The notes: a model not told the origin generated them from the sequence alone. DNA of 64,000 bases from an uncultured Acidobacteriota bacterium (GCA_963708055.1 OY970193.1:5135869-5199868), one strand, 5' to 3'. Positions 40,451 through 51,721 are shown, counted from the first letter of the stretch. Numbers and translations: made by a program.

Positions 40451-42217
40451 ATGGAAGTTGCACGCCAATTCAAGGGAACGCAGGCGCCACGGTACGGCGA
40501 GCTCTGGATCAACAGGAAGTTTGCGATCGGCGCCGCCGTCCTGATTCTGGTAGCGGCAATATTTGGCGGCACCATTGGCACGGGCCGAAATTTCAGCAGT
40601 CTTACCTCCAGTAACACAAAAAATTCTTTCCGCGTCGCCGACGAGATCGAGAAAGACTACAACGAAGCCGTCACCACTATTACGAGCAATTATTCCGGTG
40701 ATATTGATTACGAAAAAGCGACCCAGGCGGCGATTCAGGGAATGCTTACCACGCTCGATCCGCATTCCGCGTACTTCCCTTACAGTGAATTCAAGAAACT
40801 GAAAGAAGATCAGGATTCGCGCTTCTACGGTATCGGCGTGACAATCGTCCAGCATCGCGACGGCGTTTATGTGCAATCGTCGGTCGAAGGCACTCCGGCT
40901 GCAAAGCTTGGACTGAAGTACGGCGACCGGATTGTTGAAGTTGACGGGAAAGACGCGCGCGCGTGGTCAAGCGAACAGGTTTCCAAAAACGTTCGTGGCG
41001 GGCTCGGCGAGCCGGTCCAGATCAAAGTTGAGCGTGCCGGTGCCGAAGCGCCGTTGTATTTCACGATTGTGCGTGATGCGGTGCCGCTGCCGTCGATTCG
41101 CAACGCCTACATGATTCGTTCGGGAACGGGTTATATCGGTCTCACCGGCGGCTTTCAGAGATCCAGTGACGAAGAATTGGTGAAGGCGATGAAACGTCTT
41201 CAAGAGCAGGGAATGCGCCAGCTAATTCTTGACCTGCGCGGCAATCCTGGCGGACTGCTCGATCAGGCGATAGATGTCGCAAGTGAATTCCTGCCTCGCG
41301 GTCAGGTCGTGGTTTCAGTTAAAGGTCGTACGGAATACAGCGAGCCTATTGTTTACAAGTCAACCGGTTCAGATCCGGCAACACTTCCGCTCGTCATACT
41401 CATAAATCGAAACAGCGCCTCCGCTTCTGAAATCGTTGCGGGTGCGATTCAGGATCACGGTCGTGGCCTGATTGTTGGCGAAACAAGTTTTGGCAAAGGA
41501 TTGGTGCAGCGCATCTTTCAATTGCCGTTCAATACCGGACTGACATTAACCACGGCGCGTTACTACACTCCGTACGGACGTTCATTACAGCGCGACTATT
41601 CGAGTGGTTCGATTTACGATTACTACACGCGGCACGAGGAAACCGAGAACCAAACGCCGCCGTCCGCAAATGGACCACACAATCTCGAGAGTCCACTTTC
41701 GCTGGCCTCGCCCACGCCGCATCCGCACACCGGTCCGGCAGTGCAAACAGCCGCGGGTCGAGTGTTTTATGGCGGTGGCGGTATAACGCCGGACATTGAA
41801 GTGAAGGAACTGCCCAACACGCCCGCACGATTGCGAATTGCCGAAGCGGCGTTTCATTTCACCCGACACCTGTCCGCCGGAATTGTTTCCGGCCTGGAAA
41901 CCTATCGTGTTGAAAAGGTTCAATACGGCAAGAGTGCCAAGACGACTGACTACCAGATAACGGATCGCGTGGTCGAAGCCTTTCGTAACTTTGTTCGTAC
42001 CCAACCGGATTTTCAGGTTCAACCCGCGCAGATCGATGAAGAACTGGAATTTGTAAAACTGCGATTGCGCCTGGAAATCATAACTGCTGCATTTTCAAAC
42101 GACGCCGGTGCCCGCGTGACTCTCGATAGCGACGCGCAAGTGTTACGTGCCCTCGAAGCTTTACCCGATGCGAAACGCCTCGCCGACAGTGCGCGTAGCG
42201 GTGTTTGGCAAGGCTGA
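40451..42217 (+). CDS. S41-family C-terminal processing peptidase with PDZ domain
   Basis: N-terminal TM segment. PDZ (GLKYGDRIVEVDG). S41 core (LILDLRGNPGGLL, NRNSASASEIVAGAIQDHGR..VGE.SFGKG). Start chosen at ATG 40451, downstream of the repeat. Confidence 0.88.
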   Translation: MEVARQFKGTQAPRYGELWINRKFAIGAAVLILVAAIFGGTIGTGRNFSSLTSSNTKNSFRVADEIEKDYNEAVTTITSNYSGDIDYEKATQAAIQGMLTTLDPHSAYFPYSEFKKLKEDQDSRFYGIGVTIVQHRDGVYVQSSVEGTPAAKLGLKYGDRIVEVDGKDARAWSSEQVSKNVRGGLGEPVQIKVERAGAEAPLYFTIVRDAVPLPSIRNAYMIRSGTGYIGLTGGFQRSSDEELVKAMKRLQEQGMRQLILDLRGNPGGLLDQAIDVASEFLPRGQVVVSVKGRTEYSEPIVYKSTGSDPATLPLVILINRNSASASEIVAGAIQDHGRGLIVGETSFGKGLVQRIFQLPFNTGLTLTTARYYTPYGRSLQRDYSSGSIYDYYTRHEETENQTPPSANGPHNLESPLSLASPTPHPHTGPAVQTAAGRVFYGGGGITPDIEVKELPNTPARLRIAEAAFHFTRHLSAGIVSGLETYRVEKVQYGKSAKTTDYQITDRVVEAFRNFVRTQPDFQVQPAQIDEELEFVKLRLRLEIITAAFSNDAGARVTLDSDAQVLRALEALPDAKRLADSARSGVWQG

Positions 42218-42237
42218 AGTCGATTACCTCCTTAGAG

Positions 42238-42260
42238 AGCGCCACCTTGGTGGCGCTTTG
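42238..42260 (+). terminator. weak candidate intrinsic terminator after the S41 peptidase gene
   Basis: agcgccaccttggtggcgct palindrome followed by tttg. The T-run is short. Confidence 0.4.
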
Positions 42261-42475
42261 GTCGAAGTAGCGCCTTCCTTGCATCGCACTTTGACTAAAG
42301 CGGTCTCAAGGCACCGCATTCCAAAGAGGCCCCAATTCTTTTGTCGTCCATCATTCTGTACACTCGTACGACTTTTAGTTGCATTCAGAGCCCTTACTTA
42401 TTTATAGTCCCGGACGTTCACCTGGCCTATTTCTGACGGCAATCGATCTATCCCACGTAGTTTAGGCAAACAACT

Positions 42476-45400
42476 ATGTTGAAAGGACCCTTTCGCATGA
42501 AAGACCGGTCGCGCTCCGTTTACGATCTCATTTCGTTGATTGTGATCGTCAGTGCTGTGGCTCTCGCCACCATAACCGTACATTCACAAAATCAAGCAAC
42601 CCCAGCGCCCGGCGCAGCGCCGGCGCAAACCCCACGGGCTCCAAGCCCCAGTCCAACTCCGACTCCGATCAACTGGTCAACTGATCCCGTGCTGAAACGC
42701 TTCGTCTGGCGCAGCATTGGACCAGCGAGTATGGGCGGACGCATTGACGACATCGCAGTCTCGGAACAGAACCCGTTTGTCTGGTACATAGGATTCGCGA
42801 CGAATGGCGTTTGGAAAACAACCAACAACGGCACGACCTTTCAACCGATCTTCGAAACCTACGGCACGCATTCGGTAGGCGACGTTGCCATCGCGCCTTC
42901 GGATCCAAACATCGTTTGGGTCGGCACCGGTGAACCTAACAATCGCCAGAGTTCAAGTTTTGGCGACGGAATCTACAAATCGGTGGATGCCGGCAAGACC
43001 TTTACCAAGATGGGTCTCGAGGATTCACAAACGATTCCCCGCATCGTGATCGATCCTCGGGATCCAAACATTGTTTACGTCGCGGTGTTGGGCCATCTCT
43101 TTGGTCCAAACAAAGAGCGCGGCATCTACAAAACAACCGACGGCGGAAAAAGCTGGAACAACATCAAGTTTATTGACGAAGACACGGGCTTCACCGATAT
43201 GGTGATGGACGCGTCAGACAACAAGGTTCTTTACGCCGCTTCATATCAGCGACGCCGGACTAACTACGGTTTCAACGGTGGTGGTCCAGGAAGTGGAATC
43301 TGGAAGACCATCGACGCCGGCAAGACCTGGAAGAAACTGGAAGGCGGTGGACTGCCGGAAGGAGTGCTGGGTCGCATCGGTATCGATGTGTCGCGCTCAA
43401 ATCCGAATGTTCTCTACGCGCAAATGGAAGTAGGGACCAGCACCGGAACCGGTGGCGAGGAACCGACTTTTGGCGGGCCAACTCCCAGCCCCAGTCCTTC
43501 GCCGTCAGCGTCGCCATCGCCCAGTGCTTCTCCGGCGGCGTCACCAACGCCCGCTCCTCCGGATCCGAAGAAGTCCGGCGTCTGGCGTTCGGATGACAAA
43601 GGTAAGACGTGGCGAATTGTCAGTAACGAAAACAATCGCCCGATGTACTACAGCAAGATTCGCGTTGATCCACAAAACGCGGAAACCGTGTATGTGGGCG
43701 GCTTGAACTTCAGTAAATCGCTCGACGGCGGCAAAACTTTCCGTTCGCTTCAGTCAGGCATCGCGCACAGTGACAACCACGCCATCTGGATCAATCCCAA
43801 AAACGGCGATCAGCTTTTGGTTGGTAACGACGGCGGCCTGAACGCGAGCTACGACCAGGGCGAAACGTGGGAGTTTATCAACACGATCCCGGCTGCTCAG
43901 TTCTACGCGATCGGTGTTGATATGCGTAAGCCGTATTACGTTTACGGCGGCTTGCAGGACAACGGTTCGTGGGGTGGTCCAAGTCAAACGCGCAGCCAGT
44001 TTGGCATCACGAATGCGGATTGGTATCGCGTGGGCGGCGGTGATGGTTTTTACACCCAGATCGATCCCACTGACTTCAACACGGTCTACGCCGAATCACA
44101 GGGCGGCGCAATTCAGCGTCTCGATTTGCGCACCGGCCGCAGCGTGAGTATTCGACCCCGCGGTGTGCCGCGAGGTCGAGGTGGACCAGGTGGCGGAAGG
44201 CAGGGAGGCGGACAACCGGCTGCGAGTCCTTCGCCGGGTGCTTCTCCGGCAGCTTCGCCAACGCCTGATACGGCAGCGCAATTGGCTGCGTTTGCAGCCC
44301 AACAAGGCTTTGGTGGATTTGGCGCCGCTAATCTCCAGTCGAACGTCGTTCCGACGCCACCGGCGAATGAAACGTTCCGCTTTTACTGGAGTTCGCCGAT
44401 TCACATCTCGCCACACAATCCGCGAGTACTCTATTTCGGAGGCAACAAACTCTTCCGTTCGATGGATCGCGGCGACACCTGGACCGCATCACCTGACCTA
44501 AGTAAACAGATCGATCGCAACACGCTGTCGATCATGGGCGTGTCAGGCAAAGATCCGATGGCTTCGAAGCACGACGGTTATAGCGGGTACGGTTACGTTG
44601 TCACTGTGGCCGAGTCGCCGAAACAGCCCGGTATCATTTGGGCGGGAACCGATGACGGCAACGTTCAGGTCAGTAAGGACGGTGGCGCCACCTGGACCAA
44701 CGTCGCCAAGAACATCCCCGGCATCGGCGATACGTATCACATCACGCGTGTCGAACCGTCGCACTACGACGCGGCTACGTGTTATGTGTCGGTTGACGGG
44801 CATCGGCTGGATGACATGAAACCGTACTTGTTCGTCACCAAAGATTACGGTGCGACCTGGACTTCAATCGTCAACAACCTGCCGAAGTGGGGCAACGTCA
44901 ACGTCGTGGTTGAAGACGCGAAGAACAGAGACCTGTTGTTTGTGGGTACGGAGTTTGGGCTCTTCGTTTCGTTGAATGGCGGCGCGGAGTGGAAGCCGAT
45001 GATGTCGGGCATGCCGCGGCTGCGTATCGACGACATTCTCATCCACCCGCGTGATAACGATCTGATTGCAGGCACTCACGGTCGCGGCATCTTCATCATT
45101 GACGACATCAGTGCTCTGCAGCAGATGACGAAGACCATGATGGAGGCAGACACACAGGCGCATTTGTTTGACGTCAGACCAGGAACGATCTGGCAAAACG
45201 ACATACGACTGTCGCGTTACTGGGGAGCCGCGAAGTACTTCCGCGGTCAGAATCCAGCTCCGGGAACAGCGATCAACTACTACCTCAAGGCTGCACCATC
45301 GGGCGACGTTAAACTCACGATTAGTGACTACACTGGAAGAGTAGTGCGGAACATCGTGGGAACGAAGGATATTGGTCTCAACCGTATCCAATGGAACCTG

Positions 45401-45592
45401 CGCGGCGATCCGCCTCCACGTCCGCCGGGGTTTGGCGGTGGCGGCGGTGGTGGCGGAGGCGGCGGCGGTGGTGGTTTCGGCGGCCTGCTCCAGGGCATCC
45501 CGCTCGAAGCCGGCACTTACAACCTGAAGCTGTCGGTAGGTGGTAAGGACTACAACACTCGGGTCGTGATCGAGAACGATCCCGGCATGTAA
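42476..45592 (+). CDS. secreted sortilin/VPS10-like BNR (Asp-box) repeat protein
   Basis: At least 10 Asp-box motifs of S-x-D-x-G-x-T-W type (SVDAGKTF, TTDGGKSW, TIDAGKTW, SDDKGKTW, SLDGGKTF, SYDQGETW, SMDRGDTW, SKDGGATW, TKDYGATW). Signal or anchor segment at the N-terminus. Alternative start at ATG 42497. Confidence 0.85.
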   Translation: MLKGPFRMKDRSRSVYDLISLIVIVSAVALATITVHSQNQATPAPGAAPAQTPRAPSPSPTPTPINWSTDPVLKRFVWRSIGPASMGGRIDDIAVSEQNPFVWYIGFATNGVWKTTNNGTTFQPIFETYGTHSVGDVAIAPSDPNIVWVGTGEPNNRQSSSFGDGIYKSVDAGKTFTKMGLEDSQTIPRIVIDPRDPNIVYVAVLGHLFGPNKERGIYKTTDGGKSWNNIKFIDEDTGFTDMVMDASDNKVLYAASYQRRRTNYGFNGGGPGSGIWKTIDAGKTWKKLEGGGLPEGVLGRIGIDVSRSNPNVLYAQMEVGTSTGTGGEEPTFGGPTPSPSPSPSASPSPSASPAASPTPAPPDPKKSGVWRSDDKGKTWRIVSNENNRPMYYSKIRVDPQNAETVYVGGLNFSKSLDGGKTFRSLQSGIAHSDNHAIWINPKNGDQLLVGNDGGLNASYDQGETWEFINTIPAAQFYAIGVDMRKPYYVYGGLQDNGSWGGPSQTRSQFGITNADWYRVGGGDGFYTQIDPTDFNTVYAESQGGAIQRLDLRTGRSVSIRPRGVPRGRGGPGGGRQGGGQPAASPSPGASPAASPTPDTAAQLAAFAAQQGFGGFGAANLQSNVVPTPPANETFRFYWSSPIHISPHNPRVLYFGGNKLFRSMDRGDTWTASPDLSKQIDRNTLSIMGVSGKDPMASKHDGYSGYGYVVTVAESPKQPGIIWAGTDDGNVQVSKDGGATWTNVAKNIPGIGDTYHITRVEPSHYDAATCYVSVDGHRLDDMKPYLFVTKDYGATWTSIVNNLPKWGNVNVVVEDAKNRDLLFVGTEFGLFVSLNGGAEWKPMMSGMPRLRIDDILIHPRDNDLIAGTHGRGIFIIDDISALQQMTKTMMEADTQAHLFDVRPGTIWQNDIRLSRYWGAAKYFRGQNPAPGTAINYYLKAAPSGDVKLTISDYTGRVVRNIVGTKDIGLNRIQWNLRGDPPPRPPGFGGGGGGGGGGGGGGFGGLLQGIPLEAGTYNLKLSVGGKDYNTRVVIENDPGM

Positions 45593-45599
45593 GTAAATC

Positions 45600-45675
45600 A
45601 GCCACGGATTACACGGATAACACGGATCAAGAAGAAGAAATTGTTTGATCAGTGAAATCCGTGTAATCCGTGGCT
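45600..45675. repeat. family C long hairpin (three tandem cacggatNa words per arm) between convergent genes
   Basis: agccacggattacacggataacacggatcaa (45600-45630) pairs with ttgatcagtgaaatccgtgtaatccgtggct (45645-45675). It overlaps the rlmI-like stop codon. Confidence 0.93.
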
Positions 45676-46840
45676 AAAACACTCTCGCAATCACACACTT
45701 CAAGTAATAAGTCTCCGGCATACCCACCAACACCGGATGATCTGTAGCCTGCATTCGTTTCTCCATGATTTGCACGCGCCGGTGAGCGTCGATGGACGCC
45801 TGGGCCAGGATCTCCAGAAATATCTCCTCCGAAACGTGATACGAACAGGTGCAGGTGATGAGCACGCCGCCTGGGTTCAATAATTTCAGTGCGCGCAGGT
45901 TGATCTCTTTATAACCGCGCAGTGCCGCTTTCAAACTCGCGCGATTTTTAGCAAAAGCCGGTGGATCGAGCACGATCACGTCGAAACGCTCACCGGCCAC
46001 TTCATACTCACGCAACGCGTCGAACACGTTTGCTTCGCGAAACTCAACGTTACCGATCTCGTTGAGTGTCGCATTGCGTTGCGCGGCCGCAACCGCGTCA
46101 GCGGAAATATCGATACCGATCACCTGCTCGCAAACTGAAGTCAGATGCAGTGCGAAGGCGCCGTTGAACGTGAAGCAGTCGAGTGCGCGAAGCTTGCCGG
46201 TAGTTTGCGCTGCCGCGCGTGCTGCCAAACGATTCTCGCGTTGGTCCAGAAATGATCCGGTCTTCTGTCCACCGAGCGGTTCGACGATGAATCGCAAACC
46301 GTGTTGCAGTATTTCCAACTGCGCGGGAGCTTCGCCATGGACGGTTGTCGCGACGAGCGGCAGCCCTTCCAACTGACGCACCCGCGCGTCGTTTCGTTCA
46401 ATCACCGCCAGCGGTTGAAATTCTTCGACCAGTATTTCGCTCAGCATCGACTTGATCGCGTCAGTGCCTTGCGAGAGAGTTTGCAACACGAGCACGCCGG
46501 CGTAACGATCGACGATCAAAGATGGAAGTAGATCTCCCTCGGAGTAGATCAGGCGGTATGCATTTGTGTCTGGCGGGATTGATCGCCGCGCGGCAGCCTG
46601 CGAAATTCGCCGCCGCCACCATTCGCGATCTATCTCTTCGTTACTCAGGCTCAGGAATCGCAGAGAAATCTGTGAAGCATCACTGAAGAGAGCCTGCCCT
46701 ATAAAATTGCCGCGTTCGTCTTTGACGGTGACGACCGAGCCACCTTCGGCATCAATCTCGGCGAGATCGCTGCGATAAATCCAGAGATGGCCGTTTCTAA
46801 CGCGATCCGCGCCCTTTTTCTTAACCCGTACAGTATTCAT
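45674..46840 (-). CDS. rlmI: PUA-domain class I SAM-dependent rRNA (cytosine-C5) methyltransferase, RlmI-like
   Basis: N-terminal ...G.W...S.L........G..V.V PUA-like region. SAM motif [12 protein letters not shown] and [10 protein letters not shown]. Confidence 0.75.
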   Translation of the reverse strand: MNTVRVKKKGADRVRNGHLWIYRSDLAEIDAEGGSVVTVKDERGNFIGQALFSDASQISLRFLSLSNEEIDREWWRRRISQAAARRSIPPDTNAYRLIYSEGDLLPSLIVDRYAGVLVLQTLSQGTDAIKSMLSEILVEEFQPLAVIERNDARVRQLEGLPLVATTVHGEAPAQLEILQHGLRFIVEPLGGQKTGSFLDQRENRLAARAAAQTTGKLRALDCFTFNGAFALHLTSVCEQVIGIDISADAVAAAQRNATLNEIGNVEFREANVFDALREYEVAGERFDVIVLDPPAFAKNRASLKAALRGYKEINLRALKLLNPGGVLITCTCSYHVSEEIFLEILAQASIDAHRRVQIMEKRMQATDHPVLVGMPETYYLKCVIARVF

Positions 46841-46902
46841 CGGCTAAATCATGTATAGCCTGTAACATATTCTGTCAATTGCGTTATGCTAGGGCCGTAA
46901 AC

Positions 46903-48474
46903 ATGGCGACGAAAACAGAAGAGCTTCCGGTCGATTTCAATCCCCAAAATACGCGCGAGATCGATTACGAAAAGGACCTGGGCGCACCGGGCGAGTTTCC
47001 CTACACGCGCGGAATTTATCCGAACATGTATCGCGGCCGTCTCTGGACCATGCGCCAGTATGCCGGTTACGCGACCGCGGAAGAATCAAATGCGCGGTAC
47101 AAGTATTTGCTGGCGCAGGGAACAACGGGCCTGTCGGTAGCCTTCGATCTCCCGACTCAGATCGGACTTGACTCGGACAATCCGCTGGCGCTCGGAGAAG
47201 TCGGCAAAGTTGGAGTTGCCATCGACTCGCTCGATGACATGGAACGTCTCTTTGCGGATATTCCCCTCGCTGAAGTTTCCACTTCGATGACGATCAATGC
47301 GACGGCGGCGATCCTGCTGTCGTTGTATCTCGCGGTCGCACGGAAACAGGGGGTGCCATTTACCAAAGTTCGCGGCACGTTGCAAAACGATATTCTGAAA
47401 GAATATATCGCTCGCGGAACTTATATTTACCCACCGTCGCCGTCGCTGCGGCTCGTCACTGACATCTTCGCTTACTGCGCTCGTGAAGTTCCCAACTGGA
47501 ATACGATCTCGATCAGTGGTTATCACATTCGCGAGGCTGGTTCGACTGCGGTACAGGAAGTTGCGTTCACACTCGCTGATGGCATTACTTACGTTGAAGC
47601 CGCACTCGCTGCCGGCCTCGCCATCGACGATTTTGCTCCGCGTCTTTCGTTTTTCTTCAATGCGCACAACAACCTGCTCGAAGAGATTGCCAAGTTTCGC
47701 GCTGCGCGGCGTATGTGGGCCAGGATTATGCGCGAACGTTTCAACGCCCGCGATCCGCGATCGTTGATGTTGCGATTCCACACGCAAACTGCCGGCTCGT
47801 CACTGACAGCACAGCAGCCCGAAGTGAACGTGGTCCGCACCACCGTCCAGGCACTCGCCGCTGTCCTGGGCGGCACGCAATCGTTGCACACCAATTCGAT
47901 GGACGAAGCGCTCGCGTTGCCGACTGAGGCGGCGGCCAGAGTCGCGTTACGCACTCAGCAGGTGGTTGCGTACGAGTCGGGTGTCGCGGAGTTCGCGGAT
48001 CCGCTGGGAGGTTCGTACGCGATTGAACATCTGACGGATGAGGTTGAAGCGCAGGCGCTCGAGTATTTGCGGAAGATTGAGGCGATGGGCGGGATGTTGC
48101 GTGCGATTGAAACCGGATACGTGCAACGTGAGATTCAGGAGTCGGCGTATCAATATCAAAAAGCGATCGAAACGCAGGAACAGGTTGTGGTTGGCGTGAA
48201 TCGTTTTCAACTCGAAGCTGAACTGCCTGTGAATGTGCTGCGGATCGACCCGGGGCTGGAGCAGGCGCAGGTCGAACGAGTCCGGGCGCTACGCGAGCGC
48301 CGTGATGCGAAGGCGACGACCGCTGCGCTTGATAAGCTTGCAGAAGCCGCGGGAACAACCGAGAACCTCCTGCCGCGAATACTCGAATGCGTTGAGGCGT
48401 ATGCCACCGTCGGGGAGATTAGCGATACGTTGCGTGGTGTATGGGGTGAGTATCGAGAGACGTCGACTATTTAG
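46903..48474 (+). CDS. methylmalonyl-CoA mutase-family catalytic (substrate-binding barrel) subunit, no B12 domain
   Basis: [40 protein letters not shown] and [11 protein letters not shown] motifs. The ORF ends after the barrel and linker, with no DxHxxG B12-binding domain. Confidence 0.9.
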   Translation: MATKTEELPVDFNPQNTREIDYEKDLGAPGEFPYTRGIYPNMYRGRLWTMRQYAGYATAEESNARYKYLLAQGTTGLSVAFDLPTQIGLDSDNPLALGEVGKVGVAIDSLDDMERLFADIPLAEVSTSMTINATAAILLSLYLAVARKQGVPFTKVRGTLQNDILKEYIARGTYIYPPSPSLRLVTDIFAYCAREVPNWNTISISGYHIREAGSTAVQEVAFTLADGITYVEAALAAGLAIDDFAPRLSFFFNAHNNLLEEIAKFRAARRMWARIMRERFNARDPRSLMLRFHTQTAGSSLTAQQPEVNVVRTTVQALAAVLGGTQSLHTNSMDEALALPTEAAARVALRTQQVVAYESGVAEFADPLGGSYAIEHLTDEVEAQALEYLRKIEAMGGMLRAIETGYVQREIQESAYQYQKAIETQEQVVVGVNRFQLEAELPVNVLRIDPGLEQAQVERVRALRERRDAKATTAALDKLAEAAGTTENLLPRILECVEAYATVGEISDTLRGVWGEYRETSTI

Positions 48475-48475
48475 A

Positions 48476-48581
48476 AACAGGATTAACAAGATTTTCAAGA
48501 TTAACAGGATAAGATTTATATTCAAGATTAACCGGATAAGATTCATATCTTGTGAATCCTGTTAATCATGTAAATCTTGTA
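48476..48581. repeat. family D array/hairpin (about 8 tandem 9-nt words plus an inverted arm)
   Basis: aacaggatta acaagattt tcaagatta acaggataa ... tcaagatta accggataa, then atcttgtgaatcctgttaatcatgtaaatcttg. Confidence 0.9.
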
Positions 48582-48595
48582 AAGCTAACCGTTTA

Positions 48596-49621
48596 ATGGA
48601 CCATCTACTCGAAGTCCGAAACCTGCAAACGCACTTCCCCACACGCGGGGGGCTGGTGCGTGCGGTGGATGGCGTCAGCTTTCACCTCGATCGCGGTGAG
48701 TTGCTCGGGCTGGTTGGTGAATCAGGTTGCGGCAAGTCGATGACGGCCCTCTCGGTGATGCGTCTGGTAGCGCCTCCCGGAAAGATCGTCAACGGCGAAA
48801 TACTCTTCGACGGCAAAGATCTACTCAAACTCTCAGACGCCGAAATGCGCGAGATGCGCGGTGACGACATCGCTATGATCTTTCAGGACCCGATGACGTC
48901 ACTCAATCCGGTTTTTACGGTTGGTGAACAGATCAGCGAAGCGCTGCGTTTGCATCGCAAACTCTCGCGTGGCCAGGCCCGCCAGGCGACGATTGAAGCG
49001 ATGCGCGAGGTTGCGATTCCCGATCCGGCGCGACGGGTTGACGACTATCCTCATCAACTCTCGGGAGGCATGCGTCAACGCGTCATGATTGCCATGGCCC
49101 TCGCGTGCAATCCCAAACTGCTGATTGCCGACGAACCAACCACCGCTCTCGACGTCACCATTCAAGCCCAGATCCTCGAATTGCTTGACGAACTCCGAAA
49201 GCAACGCGAGCTGGCGGTGCTCTTGATCACTCACGATCTGGGCGTGGTTGCTGAAGTCGCCGATCGAGTTGCAGTGATGTACACGGGAAGGATCGTTGAA
49301 GAATCACCGGTTGAGGAATTGTTCGCTCGTCCCAAGCATCCTTACACTGAAGGGCTACTGCGGTCCGTTCCAAAACTCACCAGCACTCAAGTAATGCGCC
49401 AGGAACGACTGGAGACGATCGAAGGCGTGGTGCCACGGCCCACCGATTTGCCGCCGGGTTGTCACTTCGCGCCGCGTTGCCGTCATCGTATGCCTCGTTG
49501 CACAGCCGAAGAGATTCCGTTGTATCAATTGGACCACGGCGTTGAAGTGCGTTGCGTGCTTTACGATCTTGCAGCGGCCGTTGCGGCCGACCACGAAGGT
49601 GTTCATGAGCGCCCAAGTTGA
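48596..49621 (+). CDS. oligopeptide/dipeptide-type ABC transporter ATP-binding protein (OppD/DppD-like)
   Basis: Walker A GESGCGKS, signature LSGGMRQR, Walker [14 protein letters not shown]-terminal Cys-rich oligopeptide-type extension. Confidence 0.9.
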   Translation: MDHLLEVRNLQTHFPTRGGLVRAVDGVSFHLDRGELLGLVGESGCGKSMTALSVMRLVAPPGKIVNGEILFDGKDLLKLSDAEMREMRGDDIAMIFQDPMTSLNPVFTVGEQISEALRLHRKLSRGQARQATIEAMREVAIPDPARRVDDYPHQLSGGMRQRVMIAMALACNPKLLIADEPTTALDVTIQAQILELLDELRKQRELAVLLITHDLGVVAEVADRVAVMYTGRIVEESPVEELFARPKHPYTEGLLRSVPKLTSTQVMRQERLETIEGVVPRPTDLPPGCHFAPRCRHRMPRCTAEEIPLYQLDHGVEVRCVLYDLAAAVAADHEGVHERPS

Positions 49622-50657
49622 AACAAACAACCAAGCCGGCTTGCCACCGCATGACGTTGAAACGCGCGAGACGCTGATCAGTGTTCGTGATCTGGTGAAG
49701 CACTTTCCGGTTGAAGGCTCTGACGATGTAGTGCGAGCCGTCGATGGCGTGTCGTTTGAGATCTTTGCCGGCGAGACACTGGGACTGGTTGGTGAATCAG
49801 GTTGCGGCAAGTCGACAGTCGGGCGTTGTTTGCTGCGCTTGATCGAACCAACCCGCGGACAAGTTCATTTTCAGGGCCGGGATATTCTGGCGCTCAACCG
49901 GAAAGAGATGCGCGAGATCCGGAGTGAAATGCAGATTATCTTTCAGGATCCTTACGCTTCGCTCAATCCGCGCATGAAAGTTGGCGACATAGTCGGCGAG
50001 CCCCTCGTGATACACGGGCAGGGAACGAAAACTGAGCGGCGCGATCGCGTCGCCGCGCTTTTGCGACGCGTTGGTCTCGATCCTGATTACGTGAATCGTT
50101 ATGCGCATGAGTTTTCCGGTGGACAACGACAGCGCATTGGCGTCGCGCGTGCCCTCGCGTTGAATCCGAAGTTGATAGTAGCTGATGAACCGGTGTCGGC
50201 GTTGGATGTGTCGGTGCAGGCGCAGGTAGTGAATCTGCTGCAGGAGCTACAAGAAGAGTTTAAGCTCACGTATCTTTTCATTTCGCACGGGCTGGCGGTG
50301 GTCGAGCACATCTCGACACGCGTGGCGGTAATGTACCTCGGGCGAATCGTTGAGATTGCAGGCGCCGATGAGTTGTATGCGCAACCGCTGCATCCATACA
50401 CGCAGGCGCTACTGTCGGCAATACCGATTCCCGATCCCCAACAGAAGCGCAAGCGGATTATTCTTCAGGGCGATGTTCCGACGCCGATCAACCCACCTTC
50501 GGGTTGTCGTTTCCGGACGCGTTGTCCGCTGGCGATCGAAGAGTGTGCGCATATCGATCCGGAGTTACGTGAGGTATTACCGGGCCATCAGGTCGCGTGT
50601 ATTCGAGTGCCCGGTTGGGCTGAAGCGGCACCGCGTGAAACTTTGCCCTCCCGCTGA
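49605..50657 (+). CDS. oligopeptide/dipeptide-type ABC transporter ATP-binding protein (OppF/DppF-like)
   Basis: [17 protein letters not shown] and [17 protein letters not shown] lies 5 nt upstream of ATG 49605. Overlaps the upstream gene by 17 nt. Confidence 0.9.
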   Translation: MSAQVETNNQAGLPPHDVETRETLISVRDLVKHFPVEGSDDVVRAVDGVSFEIFAGETLGLVGESGCGKSTVGRCLLRLIEPTRGQVHFQGRDILALNRKEMREIRSEMQIIFQDPYASLNPRMKVGDIVGEPLVIHGQGTKTERRDRVAALLRRVGLDPDYVNRYAHEFSGGQRQRIGVARALALNPKLIVADEPVSALDVSVQAQVVNLLQELQEEFKLTYLFISHGLAVVEHISTRVAVMYLGRIVEIAGADELYAQPLHPYTQALLSAIPIPDPQQKRKRIILQGDVPTPINPPSGCRFRTRCPLAIEECAHIDPELREVLPGHQVACIRVPGWAEAAPRETLPSR

Positions 50658-50711
50658 CCGTATCAGCACCACTATTAAATAAAAACCCTCTTCACTTAGG
50701 AGATTGACTTG

Positions 50712-51719
50712 ATGAGTGCTCAAAACGAGAGTTTTCAGCCACCGCCGCCCCCGTCTGTCGAAGCCGCACCGCGCGCGCCGCGACCGACCAAACTGCGCCC
50801 GTTCGCAATCGCGTTTTTTGTTATCGGACTGATCCTGGTTGGAACCGGCATCGCCCGGGTGATTCCGGGTGGAATTTCCACTGGCGCCATGCTCGCGGTT
50901 TGGGGAATTATTTTGTTTGCGTTCAGTTTTATCCCGCTACCGGTAGTTCCCGAGACTGAGGAAGCGCCGATGTCGTTCCTTGAAAAATTAGCGGGAATCT
51001 TTTTCGAACCGACACGCGTTTTTCGAAACCTGAGAGTGCATCCGCACTGGCTCGGCGCCTTCCTGGTTATCGTCGTGCTGACGACGATCTATTCGTTTGC
51101 TTTTGTGCAGCGGATTACGGCGGATCGCATCGTCGACTACATGACTACGAAGATGGCTGAGATGGGACCGCCATTTGCTCCCCCACCCGAACGACTCGAG
51201 CAAATGAAGACGGATCAGTTGTCGGCATTGAAGGACCCTTTTGAGCGAGCCGGCACCGTGGTGAAAACAGCCGCCGGTCTGTTTATCTGGGGAGCCGCCG
51301 GCGCAGCGCTTTGCTTGCTGGGTGTTCTCGCCTTTGGCGGGCGGATCAACTACTGGCAGGCATTCTGCGTTGTCTTTTATGCGTGGTTGCCGATGTCAGT
51401 GATTCAAAAGGTGCTTGGGCTGGTGATTCTTTATTTGAAAGCCCCCGAAGATTTACATCCAATTCTGCACCAGGAGACTACACTTCAGGATAACCTGGGC
51501 ATCCTTTTTTCGCCCGCGGAGCACCCGGTATTCTTTGTGCTGGCGAGCTTCATTGGATTGACGTGGTTCTATTACATTTGGCTGCGTGCGAAGGGACTTA
51601 ATAACGCAGGTTATCGCGTTGGTAGCGGCGCCGCCTGGGGTGTTTCAATCACGCTCTATCTGGCGTTCATGCTCTTCGTAACAGTCTGGACGTCGCTCTT
51701 CCCAGGCTTCATCTCCTAG
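50712..51719 (+). CDS. Yip1-domain-like polytopic membrane protein
   Basis: About 6 TM segments. The family call is from general resemblance only. AGGAG lies upstream. Confidence 0.5.
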   Translation: MSAQNESFQPPPPPSVEAAPRAPRPTKLRPFAIAFFVIGLILVGTGIARVIPGGISTGAMLAVWGIILFAFSFIPLPVVPETEEAPMSFLEKLAGIFFEPTRVFRNLRVHPHWLGAFLVIVVLTTIYSFAFVQRITADRIVDYMTTKMAEMGPPFAPPPERLEQMKTDQLSALKDPFERAGTVVKTAAGLFIWGAAGAALCLLGVLAFGGRINYWQAFCVVFYAWLPMSVIQKVLGLVILYLKAPEDLHPILHQETTLQDNLGILFSPAEHPVFFVLASFIGLTWFYYIWLRAKGLNNAGYRVGSGAAWGVSITLYLAFMLFVTVWTSLFPGFIS

Positions 51720-51721
51720 TC

